This document shows positions 25,588 through 34,503 of a stretch of 64,000 nt of DNA, one piece after another. Both the position numbers and the translations under genes were made by a program. Under the pieces are notes generated by a model. It was not told where the DNA came from. It saw only the letters and a program-made list of their open reading frames with translations, and ran no database searches. This stretch comes from a virus (lineage: Duplodnaviria; Caudoviricetes), in the IMG/VR virus record IMGVR_UViG_3300020045_009164, positions 1 to 64,000 of that record; one strand, 5' to 3'. Position 1 is the stretch's first letter; each line of letters starts with the position of its first letter.

Positions 25588-26412
25588 ATGGGACTCAGGA
25601 CCAATAAGACCACAATGCCAGAAACCGAGACTGAAGAAACAACTGTTAACCAAGAAACCCAAAAGGAAGAAGAAACCATGACTGAAACCACAACTGAAGT
25701 AGCCGTAAGCGCCCCAAAGGAAGTAGCCGTAGTCGGTGAGCGTATCGCCCCGTCCCTCATGTCGCTTGAGAACAAGCTCAACCCGGAGGAATTTGGCAAC
25801 CTATTCCCCCGTATCGTCGGCTCCAACGGTGCTGCCTGTGTCTCTGGCGCTGGTGGAATCATCTTCGGTAAGTACATCGACGTTCAAGTCCTGTCCCTGT
25901 CTGATCGCTGGATGGTCACACCTGTGGCTGAACAGAATGATAAGGGTGCCAAGAAGCTCTGTCGTGCTTCCTACGATGGTAAGAATATCATCGACCGTGA
26001 GGGTAACTCAATCACGGTTGAGTCTTATATCGAGTCGATCCAGAAGGCTGTTGACACCAAAGGTAATCCACTCTTCCTCAACCCCAAGACTGGTAAGGTC
26101 TACGAGTTCAACGCCGTGTCCAAGTATCGTGACATCTTCGGTGTGATCTTCAATTCTGATGCCAACGCTGACAAAGCCAATGAGCTGGGTATCGTTCAGA
26201 TCTCTGTCTCACCCACAGCCATGAAGCAGTTGAAAGCCTTCTCCATGCAAGCCCCTCTCTTTATCATGAGAGGCTTGATGGCTAAGACCCATCAGGATTG
26301 TATCCGTCTTGAGGCAGATCCTAAGTCTGGGGATAGCGGCAACTACACTATCTTCAACTTCAAGACTGTTCCGATGGATGTTATCAACGGTTACAGCCCT
26401 GTGTCTATGTAG
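25588..26412 (+). CDS. probably highly expressed replication-region protein (possible ssDNA-binding protein)
   Basis: Own promoter; strongly C-ending codon bias unlike its neighbours; acidic low-complexity N-terminus. Function inferred from context only. Confidence 0.6.
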   Translation: MGLRTNKTTMPETETEETTVNQETQKEEETMTETTTEVAVSAPKEVAVVGERIAPSLMSLENKLNPEEFGNLFPRIVGSNGAACVSGAGGIIFGKYIDVQVLSLSDRWMVTPVAEQNDKGAKKLCRASYDGKNIIDREGNSITVESYIESIQKAVDTKGNPLFLNPKTGKVYEFNAVSKYRDIFGVIFNSDANADKANELGIVQISVSPTAMKQLKAFSMQAPLFIMRGLMAKTHQDCIRLEADPKSGDSGNYTIFNFKTVPMDVINGYSPVSM

Positions 26413-26500
26413 TCTGAACCTGTGGGCCATACAATATCTTTGATAAGCCAGCCAGCTAATACAGTGACCGAGGTTTAAACTTGTATGGCCCACTTTCTTT
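26411..26500 (+). terminator. long-loop hairpin with U tract (terminator or structured 3' UTR)
   Basis: GTGGGCCATACAA (26422-34) / TTGTATGGCCCAC (26481-93), then TTTCTTTT. Confidence 0.55.
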
Positions 26501-26521
26501 TAAAAATATGTGGGAGAAGAG

Positions 26522-26806
26522 ATGAAATTTACACAGAGTGAAATTCTAGAGATTCTGGAGTTTGTACAAGAGGCTGATCAGTTTCTACCAGTTGCTGAAA
26601 AGGTTACTGAGGTTGTAGGGAAGTTCTCACCATTCATTTACGGGCTGATGGAGAAGATGGTTTTAGGTAGTGTTGATTTGACCACTGCTTGCTACAAGAG
26701 ATACATGGACAACGGCTTTAGTAGTGAAGAAGCAATGCTTCTGACACTTAACTCCAAGGAGAGTCTCAGGCTAGCTGTTGATAAATTAAACGGGGGAGGG
26801 AGATAA
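26522..26806 (+). CDS. hypothetical protein
   Basis: GGGAG RBS. Confidence 0.8.
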   Translation: MKFTQSEILEILEFVQEADQFLPVAEKVTEVVGKFSPFIYGLMEKMVLGSVDLTTACYKRYMDNGFSSEEAMLLTLNSKESLRLAVDKLNGGGR

Positions 26807-26807
26807 C

Positions 26808-27065
26808 ATGGAAGACTTAAAAGTGTTGACCATCAAAGAAGCTGAGGAAGAGTTGTTCCTTATTGGTACTGAGAAGGAGGAGTTCCTGGAGGAAATTAAG
26901 AAACGAATTGAGGAAGTTGTTGGTCGAATGGATGATAGCACCACGGCTGCTGAAATAGACGCTGTGAAGAAGTATGCTGAGGCAAGAAGTAAGTTGAAGA
27001 TGAAAAAATATATCCAAGATCACGATGCTAGGGAGAAGGTGATTGCGGAGCTGGCAAATGCCTAG
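26808..27065 (+). CDS. hypothetical protein
   Basis: Tandem ORF with RBS. Confidence 0.75.
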   Translation: MEDLKVLTIKEAEEELFLIGTEKEEFLEEIKKRIEEVVGRMDDSTTAAEIDAVKKYAEARSKLKMKKYIQDHDAREKVIAELANA

Positions 27066-27714
27066 ATATCTGGTTCTCGATACAGAAACAACTGGCCTAG
27101 TAGACCCAGGAGTAGCTGAGATTGGTTGGAGCGAGATAGAGGAAGATCTCAATGTTGTATCAGAGTTCTCCTCCATTGTGAACCCAATGAAACCTATGGA
27201 ACCTGGGGCCTCTGCTGTAAATGCCATAACGGATGAGATGTTGGTTGATGCTCCTAAGATCCATGAGTTGCCTTGGATTGATGGCGAGGTGGTTTTGATT
27301 TGCCACAATACTAAGTTCGACAGACCACTGGTTGAGCCTTATATGAATATCGTGGATGAGATCTGTACTATGAGGTTGGCCAGAAGACTATTACCTAATG
27401 CGGAAAGTCACAAGTTGAGTGTACTGAATGCTTATTGTGAGCTACCCCCAAGTCTAGGACACCGTGCTAATTTGGATGTCCGTATGGTCATAGGTATCTT
27501 GGACTACATGATAGAGGGGCTAGCATTATCTGGCCATAACATGACGTTGTTGGAAATAGTTGAGTGGCTGAAGGTGCCAAGGCGATTTAAAACAATGCCT
27601 TATGGAAAATTTCGGGGTACACCAATAGATAAGGTTAGTTGGTCATACCTAAGGTGGTTAAAGGCACAGTCAGGTCACGACCCAGACATGGAACTGACAC
27701 TCAGTCACATCTGA
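27058..27714 (+). CDS. DEDDh 3'-5' exonuclease (ExoX/epsilon-like)
   Basis: LDTETTG, HNTKFD, HRANLD; C-terminal MPYGKFRG. Confidence 0.9.
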   Translation: MPRYLVLDTETTGLVDPGVAEIGWSEIEEDLNVVSEFSSIVNPMKPMEPGASAVNAITDEMLVDAPKIHELPWIDGEVVLICHNTKFDRPLVEPYMNIVDEICTMRLARRLLPNAESHKLSVLNAYCELPPSLGHRANLDVRMVIGILDYMIEGLALSGHNMTLLEIVEWLKVPRRFKTMPYGKFRGTPIDKVSWSYLRWLKAQSGHDPDMELTLSHI

Positions 27715-27719
27715 GAAAG

Positions 27720-27756
27720 TAGCCTAAAGATATTAATACTTCTTTAGGCTATTTTT
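27720..27756 (+). terminator. intrinsic terminator
   Basis: TAGCCTAAAGA/TCTTTAGGCTA plus TTTTT. Confidence 0.85.
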
Positions 27757-27766
27757 AAGTTTTTTG

Positions 27767-27793
27767 TTTACAACCTGTAGGTGGTGCTATAAT
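27767..27793 (+). promoter_or_regulatory. extended -10 promoter
   Basis: TGcTATAAT (27785-93), with TTTACA upstream at a short 15 nt spacer. Confidence 0.7.
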
Positions 27794-27812
27794 ATTAACG
27801 GAGGTATTAAAG

Positions 27813-27965
27813 ATGAGAACAAGATTAGTAGTAGAGTTAGAGTGCAAAAACTGCGGCAATCTCTGGGTTCCTATGGTCGATAACCCAAAGAAATGTCCAC
27901 AATGTCAAAGTAGAAAATGGAATGAGGAGAAAGATGAGCGCGACAAAAAACGAGGTAGGAAATAG
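27813..27965 (+). CDS. 50 aa zinc-ribbon protein
   Basis: MRTRLVVELECKNCGNLWVPMVDNPKKCPQCQSRKW...; GGAGG RBS; overlaps the HNH start. Confidence 0.75.
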   Translation: MRTRLVVELECKNCGNLWVPMVDNPKKCPQCQSRKWNEEKDERDKKRGRK

Positions 27966-28809
27966 GTATGGTAAATTAGTTGTGGTTGAGAGAGTGGAAA
28001 GTGATAGTAATTACGCCAAGTGGAGGTGCGAGTGTGACTGTGGTGGGGAGTACGTAACTACAGGTAACAGGTTAAGGACTGGAGATAATAATGTTAAATC
28101 TTGTTTAATGTGTAAAGCTGAGGATATAACAGGAAAAAGATTTAATAAGCTGCTGGTTATATGTAAAGTGGCCAGGAGAATGAAAGGTAAGAGCAGACAT
28201 AGAAAGTGGTTGTGTCTATGTAACTGTGGTGGAACTACTATAACAACAAGGCAGAATTTACGGGGTGGCCACACCAACTCCTGTGGTTGTTATGCTAAAA
28301 AGCGAGCGGCTGAAGCTAAAACATCTCACGGGATGTCAAGATTTTCCTTATTTCAAGTGTGGAGAAACATGAAATCCAGATGTGAAAATCCAGATAACCC
28401 CTGGTATGAGTTGTATTCTGCTAAAGGTCGTGAGGTTTGTGATAAGTGGAAACATAACCCTAAGGAATTTATAGATTGGGCCAATGTTAATGGCTGGAGC
28501 AGTAATTTGCAATTAGATAGGAGAGATAATTCACAAGGTTACTCCCCAGAAAACTGTAGGTTTGTAACACCGCAAGTGAATACACATAATTCAGATAGGC
28601 AGAGGAGAAACAAAACAGGGTATACTGGAGTTTGGTATGACAAAAGATATAGTACTTACATTAGTTACATAACAGGAATAGACGTACCCTTGTCTAGGAA
28701 GAGGAAACATCTAGGTAGTTTCTTCACTGCTGAACAAGCAGTTACCACTAGAAATAACTACATCAAGGAACATAACTTACCTCACCAAATACAGGAGATA
28801 AAAGGATGA
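27934..28809 (+). CDS. HNH-type homing endonuclease with N-terminal zinc-ribbon repeats and AP2-like C-terminus
   Basis: Two G..(F/Y).(K/R)L.V...W.C.C.CG units; SCGC; LQLDRRDNSQGYSPENCRF; KTGYTGV...HLGSF. Confidence 0.85.
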   Translation: MSATKNEVGNRYGKLVVVERVESDSNYAKWRCECDCGGEYVTTGNRLRTGDNNVKSCLMCKAEDITGKRFNKLLVICKVARRMKGKSRHRKWLCLCNCGGTTITTRQNLRGGHTNSCGCYAKKRAAEAKTSHGMSRFSLFQVWRNMKSRCENPDNPWYELYSAKGREVCDKWKHNPKEFIDWANVNGWSSNLQLDRRDNSQGYSPENCRFVTPQVNTHNSDRQRRNKTGYTGVWYDKRYSTYISYITGIDVPLSRKRKHLGSFFTAEQAVTTRNNYIKEHNLPHQIQEIKG

Positions 28810-31800
28810 AGAGACTTTTAATTGACAGTTCATCTATTTTAAAGGCTTGTTTATACGCCGCCATCAATACTGATAGCGTTAAGCTAGTTCTGTTCGAAGA
28901 AAAACAGGTGAAGGTAGGGGATAGTCGGGAAGCCTATTTCATTTTTCTTTCATCGTTCGAAAAGACACTAGCTACTTTGGGCCTCACTCCATCGCAAGCT
29001 ATACTGATAAAAGATGGGAAGAACGCGAAGGCTTTTAGAAGACAGTTCATACCTGAATACTCAGTAAGAAAACCAGGGCCACCTGAGTTCATGACTGAGT
29101 TTGTAAAGCTCCAAGATACGGTTGAAGAGACACTGCTGAAATACGGGGCCATCTCTACATCTAAGGAAGGGGTTGAGGCAGACGATATTATAAATGCATT
29201 AAGTAGTTGTATTGATTCAGTAATCTGGAGCACCGACAAAGATTTGTTAGCATGTCCAGCAAACTTCTTCCACAACGACGAACTTAATCCCGATAAATTC
29301 TTTGGGATAAAGAAGGAACACATTGTTGTATACAAGAGTTTGGTGGGTGATCCGAGCGATTCTGTGAAGGCGGCAAAAGGTTACGGAAATCAAGCATTTA
29401 TAGACATGATTGCTAAGTACGGAGACAGCTGCCTTGATGACATTTTAGAGATGACCAAGGAAGAGTGTCTTGAAGAATTGGAGCCACATGTAAAGGACTT
29501 CAAACCTTTCCAGAAAATAATTGACAGTAAGGATCTTATCTATGCCAGTTATAAGGCCGTGAAATTTTACCACCCCGGTTACACAGGCTTACAATACAAA
29601 ATGCTCTACCCTGAAGGAAATGGAGACCTACCTCAATGGGAACCTAAGCAAGAGTTAGTAACCAAAGCCAAGCTTACCCCTGAATTCATAGCACAGCTCA
29701 GGCGAGAGAACGCTGCTGCCACCTGTACCAGCTTAGATATAGAAACCTCCATGACCCCAGAAGGACTAGCTTGGTCACTAGCCAACAAGTCCAAGAACAA
29801 AAAGACTGGACCTCTGGATGTATTTGGAGCAGAGCTGGCGGGTTTTTCCATCAACACAGGATCTAATAACCACAAGACCTATTACTTCCCAGTTGACCAC
29901 AAGGACACTGACAACATCAGCCTAGATCAGGCTAGAGAAATCCTGAACATGTTACCGAATGACAAACCTTGTCTGGTACACAACGCTATCTATGAGTTGC
30001 CTGTACTCAGAAACCACTTTGAACTGAAGTTTGATCGTGGCTATCTCCCTGAGTCAACCTACGACACAAGGATCATGGCTGGCTACGTGGATGAGAACTC
30101 CCCATATGGTTTAAAGGATCGCTCAAAGTCACTGATGGACTATGACCAAGTGCGATTTGATGACCTCATGGCCGACGATGAAGTACCCAATAAGCAGATG
30201 AGGGAAATGACTGGAGAGGAGGTACTGAGCTACGGATGTGATGACTCCGTCGTGACTTCTGCACTATATAGACACGCTGAATTAGTCATGAAGTATGAGG
30301 GAACTTGGGACTCCTACATCAATGTGGATCAGCCAGTTCAGTTCCTCCACGCTGAGAGCTTCCTGACTGGTGTGAAGTTTGACTTGGAGATGATCAAAGA
30401 CCTCCAGGCCAAGAACTCAGTAGTATACGAAGAGACTCTCTGTAACATTGAAGATTTCCTCCAGGATATGGAGTGGGAGACTTCAGAAGAGATAGTAAGG
30501 GAGCAGGTAAAGATCACTGTAGAAAACCTAGCTGCTATGAAAGAGTTAGCTAAACAAGGTCCAGAGTACACTACCACAAAGCACAGGTGGCCAGGGTGTG
30601 TCTTTGAGCCAGCCACTGAGCTAACACCAGCTGAGATTAAGAGACTATTCCAGATTTATTGTGGCAGGGAATTGAAGACCTCAGTCAGAAAGATTGAGAA
30701 GATAGTGGATAAGGTAAGAGAGGAGGGTGAGGTTGAGTTCGCTGACGCTCTTGAGTTAGGGCTTGATTCGCTCAACACTCTGACCCAATACAGCTTCTCA
30801 CCAAAACCTGAGTTGAACCTGCGATCCCCAAAGCAGCTGACGTACCTGTTGTATGAGGCATTAGGATACCCAATTAGGATCAGAAATAAACTCACTGACA
30901 AGCAGAAAGAAGCTGGCCAGACTCAGGGAAATCCAGCCTCAGATGATACAGCTTTAAAACATGCCATAATGTACGATGCTAGAAGTGAGGAAGAGAAACT
31001 CCTGCTCCACAATATCTTAGGAGCTAAGAGTTGCCTGACTGAGGATAGCCTGTTCTTCACACCATACCAGAACATGCCACACTGGAATGATGGCTTTGTC
31101 CACCCACAACCAGGGCAAGCCATGGCAACCTCCGGTAGAGCTACGCCAAGCGGCCCAAATGTCAGCCAAGTTTCTAAGATCAGTCTCATCCGTAGGGCTT
31201 ATGTGCCTCTGGAGGATGACCATGTATGGGTGTCGTTTGACTGTTCATCTCAAGAGCTGGCCCACGCAGCTTGGCACTCTCAAGATGAGAACATGCTCTC
31301 TTGTTTTGTTGGTGAGAGACGTGATATCCACTCGATTACCGGAGTAGGTATCTGGGCAATAGATCATGACCCGCTTGATTACGAAGCCTTCATGAGGATT
31401 AGAAAGGATGACAGCCACCCACTTCACAAAGATGTGGTTAAAGTAAGAAATAAGAAAGCTAAACCAACTAACTTCTTGTCACAGTACGGTGGTACGGCTG
31501 CTACCTTGGCTGAGGATCTGCTCATCACTGAGAGTGAGGCTCAGTCAATGCTGGACGCTAAGGAGCGGATGTTCCCTGGCGTACCCATATGGCAGGGTAA
31601 GATGAATGATCAGCACAGGGAGCTTGGTTACGCTGTGGAGCCAATGGGACGTAGGAAGCATCTGGTGTTGGACGGAAGCTGGAAAGACAACCATGAGTTG
31701 AGGTCTGCTCTGAACTTTGCCATCCAGGGTGGTGCTGCTTCACAGATAAAACTCATCCTGGCTAGGATCTGGAAAGAGAAGATCCTTGAGAAGTTCGAGG

Positions 31801-32036
31801 CTTACTTCCTCTTCCCAGTACATGATGAGATAAACTTCTCAGTGAAGAGGAGTCAGGTGCTAGACTTTATCAAGGCTGTCCACCCAATAATGACTATGAA
31901 GTATGCTGACTTTGGTATTGAGATAGAGTCCTCGATTGAGATTGGCCCCAACTTCGGTGAGTTGAAAGAGATAGGCAATCAAGTGGACGAGGGTAAGATT
32001 AATGAAGTACTTGAGGCTATGGTGGAGGTAGCGTGA
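28806..32036 (+). CDS. polA: family A DNA polymerase with fused 5'-3' and 3'-5' exonuclease domains
   Basis: EADD/DKDL/GDPSD (5'-3' exo); LDIET/HNAIYE/YGCDD (3'-5' exo); FDCSSQEL, KAKPTNFLSQYG and VHDE (motifs A, B, C). Confidence 0.93.
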   Translation: MKRLLIDSSSILKACLYAAINTDSVKLVLFEEKQVKVGDSREAYFIFLSSFEKTLATLGLTPSQAILIKDGKNAKAFRRQFIPEYSVRKPGPPEFMTEFVKLQDTVEETLLKYGAISTSKEGVEADDIINALSSCIDSVIWSTDKDLLACPANFFHNDELNPDKFFGIKKEHIVVYKSLVGDPSDSVKAAKGYGNQAFIDMIAKYGDSCLDDILEMTKEECLEELEPHVKDFKPFQKIIDSKDLIYASYKAVKFYHPGYTGLQYKMLYPEGNGDLPQWEPKQELVTKAKLTPEFIAQLRRENAAATCTSLDIETSMTPEGLAWSLANKSKNKKTGPLDVFGAELAGFSINTGSNNHKTYYFPVDHKDTDNISLDQAREILNMLPNDKPCLVHNAIYELPVLRNHFELKFDRGYLPESTYDTRIMAGYVDENSPYGLKDRSKSLMDYDQVRFDDLMADDEVPNKQMREMTGEEVLSYGCDDSVVTSALYRHAELVMKYEGTWDSYINVDQPVQFLHAESFLTGVKFDLEMIKDLQAKNSVVYEETLCNIEDFLQDMEWETSEEIVREQVKITVENLAAMKELAKQGPEYTTTKHRWPGCVFEPATELTPAEIKRLFQIYCGRELKTSVRKIEKIVDKVREEGEVEFADALELGLDSLNTLTQYSFSPKPELNLRSPKQLTYLLYEALGYPIRIRNKLTDKQKEAGQTQGNPASDDTALKHAIMYDARSEEEKLLLHNILGAKSCLTEDSLFFTPYQNMPHWNDGFVHPQPGQAMATSGRATPSGPNVSQVSKISLIRRAYVPLEDDHVWVSFDCSSQELAHAAWHSQDENMLSCFVGERRDIHSITGVGIWAIDHDPLDYEAFMRIRKDDSHPLHKDVVKVRNKKAKPTNFLSQYGGTAATLAEDLLITESEAQSMLDAKERMFPGVPIWQGKMNDQHRELGYAVEPMGRRKHLVLDGSWKDNHELRSALNFAIQGGAASQIKLILARIWKEKILEKFEAYFLFPVHDEINFSVKRSQVLDFIKAVHPIMTMKYADFGIEIESSIEIGPNFGELKEIGNQVDEGKINEVLEAMVEVA

Positions 32037-32587
32037 AACCTTTGAGACAGTCAGACTTTGGCTGGTCAGTTTCTCCTGTAGCTATAGAAAGCTACAGGAG
32101 GATTACTGGCAGCAAGAAGAGTGAGTTGGTTATAAGCAAAAAATTTGCTCAGATACTGATGCACGGTGTGTATGAAGGTAATAAAGATGGGATAGATTTC
32201 TACTACTCAACTAGCGGAGATATAGAAATAGCTATGAGTGGTGGTGAGGTTATTGATTGCTTTAAGAAGTCAGCGGATTTTATGGGTAAAATGAAACGGC
32301 GGGTGCCATCAGATATAAAAATAACAGCCCATGCTGTTGAGAGGTTTAAACAAAGGAGAGAGAGGAACGACTTAGACGACAGGGTAGTAGAGACGAGTAT
32401 CCTAAAGATGCTAACCCACGGCACAGAGGTTACTCCAGTTAATAAAGTAGCTTCACTTCTGTACAACAGACTACATGAGGCTAGGTATTTCCAACACGGT
32501 GATCTTATTGCTGTGTTGGTTGACAAGACGGTGGTCACATGTTCTAAAAATTTAAGTGGTAAATGGAGGGTTAAAGATGGGGATTGA
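32033..32587 (+). CDS. hypothetical protein with two tandem related domains
   Basis: VSPVAIESYRRI..ILMHG versus ITAHAVERFKQR..MLTHG. Confidence 0.75.
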   Translation: MKPLRQSDFGWSVSPVAIESYRRITGSKKSELVISKKFAQILMHGVYEGNKDGIDFYYSTSGDIEIAMSGGEVIDCFKKSADFMGKMKRRVPSDIKITAHAVERFKQRRERNDLDDRVVETSILKMLTHGTEVTPVNKVASLLYNRLHEARYFQHGDLIAVLVDKTVVTCSKNLSGKWRVKDGD

Positions 32588-32870
32588 TTACGATGGCGGG
32601 ATGATAGTTGGTGAGCTAGGACATAAGCTAGAAACTCCTTCAGGATTTAAAGGGGATTTGAGTGAATGGGTAGAGGAAGTGGAACTAGAGAGAATGTCTA
32701 AGTTCTACGATGCTGATATAGAGTACAACGTAATAGGATTCAGGGTGTCTGACGTTAAGGTAAGTGACATAGAAGGTGAGTGGCTTATCAAGGTGAAGAA
32801 ATTGGCTAAGAAGTTTGAAGCTTTGACAGGTGTTCCAGCTAGACTTATTGGAACTCAAGATATTTGGTAA
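32577..32870 (+). CDS. hypothetical protein
   Basis: GGAGG RBS. Confidence 0.8.
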   Translation: MGIDYDGGMIVGELGHKLETPSGFKGDLSEWVEEVELERMSKFYDADIEYNVIGFRVSDVKVSDIEGEWLIKVKKLAKKFEALTGVPARLIGTQDIW

Positions 32871-32894
32871 GTAGTACAGAAGGAGGTCCTGATC

Positions 32895-33110
32895 ATGACC
32901 AAAAGTGTAAGAAGGTACGTCACTAGAGATGATTTAGAATTCAAGACCAAGGCTGAGGCTGATCAACATGAGAGGTACTTGACCTATGTCGAGTGGTATG
33001 AAGAACAAGGCTTCAAAGGTCCATCATTCTGTATCAGCTGGGAGGATTGGCTGGGGTGGATGAAAGAGCATAAAGAGATGATAATGAAAATTATGGAGGA
33101 GTGCGTATGA
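32895..33110 (+). CDS. hypothetical protein
   Basis: AGGAGG RBS. Confidence 0.8.
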   Translation: MTKSVRRYVTRDDLEFKTKAEADQHERYLTYVEWYEEQGFKGPSFCISWEDWLGWMKEHKEMIMKIMEECV

Positions 33111-33520
33111 AGAACAGCGGAAAGTATCTCGAGGAAGCAATTGAGTCTGAGTTGAAAAAGAATACAGACACAAGTCGTCATTGGAGGCGACTTCATGATG
33201 GCAGGGCTGCTAAAAATTACATCCCAGCCCAACCAGCGGACTTCTTCCTATGTATTGCTGGGGGGGCAGTTTATTTGGAAAGCAAATCTCAGAAGGGTAA
33301 GACCAGGAGACTCAACAAGTTTTCCCAGCTCCCTGTGATGCAGAGGTGGAGTTCAGCTGGTGTAAAAGGGGCAGTGGTTGTCCACTTCCACGAATTGGAG
33401 GAGTTGTTTATGGTGGATGTGGATTGGTTTGATCCAAGTAAACCTTCGTGGGTTTTGAGTGAGGAGTTTATTATTGAGAGCCTTGAGGATGGGTTGGAGA
33501 AATTGGGGTGGAGGTCTTAA
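33107..33520 (+). CDS. Holliday junction resolvase (RecU/Hjc-like PD-(D/E)xK)
   Basis: GKYLE...PADF...YLESKS. Confidence 0.75.
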   Translation: MKNSGKYLEEAIESELKKNTDTSRHWRRLHDGRAAKNYIPAQPADFFLCIAGGAVYLESKSQKGKTRRLNKFSQLPVMQRWSSAGVKGAVVVHFHELEELFMVDVDWFDPSKPSWVLSEEFIIESLEDGLEKLGWRS

Positions 33521-34503
33521 TGAAATACCTTGTTCTGTCAGATTTACATTTTGCTCCAGATCGTAGAGCTGGCTGTAGTCAGGCCAGTAGGCTCTCCCTT
33601 GAAGACTACTTGTTTGATAGACTTAATCACATTCTCCAGACAGTTGAACATGACAAGGTTATTATTGCTGGAGATATATTTGATAAATTCTCAGTATCTG
33701 AGAAGACGCTTCTGAACACCTACCTAGCCCTTAGGGGTGAGAAGGCTATAATACTGCGAGGGAATCATGACGCCAACTCTGCTGTTAGAGTTGGCGAGAT
33801 ATCTAGCTTAGAACTCCTTGGAGCTTTGCTGCCAGAAACCCACTTGGTATTCAACGAACCGGAGACAGTCGATGGTATGCACTTCATCCCACACTGCTTT
33901 GACCAGACTCAACTTAATCAGTATGTAGATGAAATACCTGACAATGTTGTATGTTTCTTACATTGTAATTTTGACAACTCATTCACTGAACACGCCGACC
34001 ACAGCCTTAACATCACCAGTCAGCAATACCAGAAGCTGAAAGAGAGCAATGTTTTCTTGATACTTGGACACGAACACCAAGCCAGAGATCTGGAAAACCT
34101 ATACATCCTGGGGTGTACTTACCCCACCTCCATCAGCGATTGTCTTGGTGGATCAAAGCGCTGTCTCCTCTACGACTCAGAGGCCAAAACCTTTGAATCA
34201 ATAGAAACCTTCAACAAGGAAGCAGAGTACATTGAGCTACATTGGTCAGACACCAGACTTACTGATCACAAGTTTGTGAGGGTAGTAGGTGACTGTTCCG
34301 TAGTTGAATATCCCCAGATAGTTCGTTCTATTGCTCAGTTGCGGAAGACCAGTGATGCCTTCATCATAGCGAATGCTGTCAAGGTCCAGACGCCCGAGAG
34401 GGAGGAGATTGAAAAGCAGGAAGTCACAGGATTTAACATACTGTCACTTCTACTGGAGAATGTGGATGAGGAGTTCAGGGGGGAGGTAAAATTGTGTATA
34501 TAG
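33520..34503 (+). CDS. SbcD/Mre11-like metallophosphoesterase nuclease
   Basis: SDLH, AGDIFD, GNHD and GHEH; adjacent to an SMC-like ATPase. Confidence 0.88.
   Translation: MKYLVLSDLHFAPDRRAGCSQASRLSLEDYLFDRLNHILQTVEHDKVIIAGDIFDKFSVSEKTLLNTYLALRGEKAIILRGNHDANSAVRVGEISSLELLGALLPETHLVFNEPETVDGMHFIPHCFDQTQLNQYVDEIPDNVVCFLHCNFDNSFTEHADHSLNITSQQYQKLKESNVFLILGHEHQARDLENLYILGCTYPTSISDCLGGSKRCLLYDSEAKTFESIETFNKEAEYIELHWSDTRLTDHKFVRVVGDCSVVEYPQIVRSIAQLRKTSDAFIIANAVKVQTPEREEIEKQEVTGFNILSLLLENVDEEFRGEVKLCI

Noticed and set aside
28806-32036. Group I intron or intein in the polymerase
   Set aside because: The ORF is continuous, with no Hint-domain motifs or embedded endonuclease.
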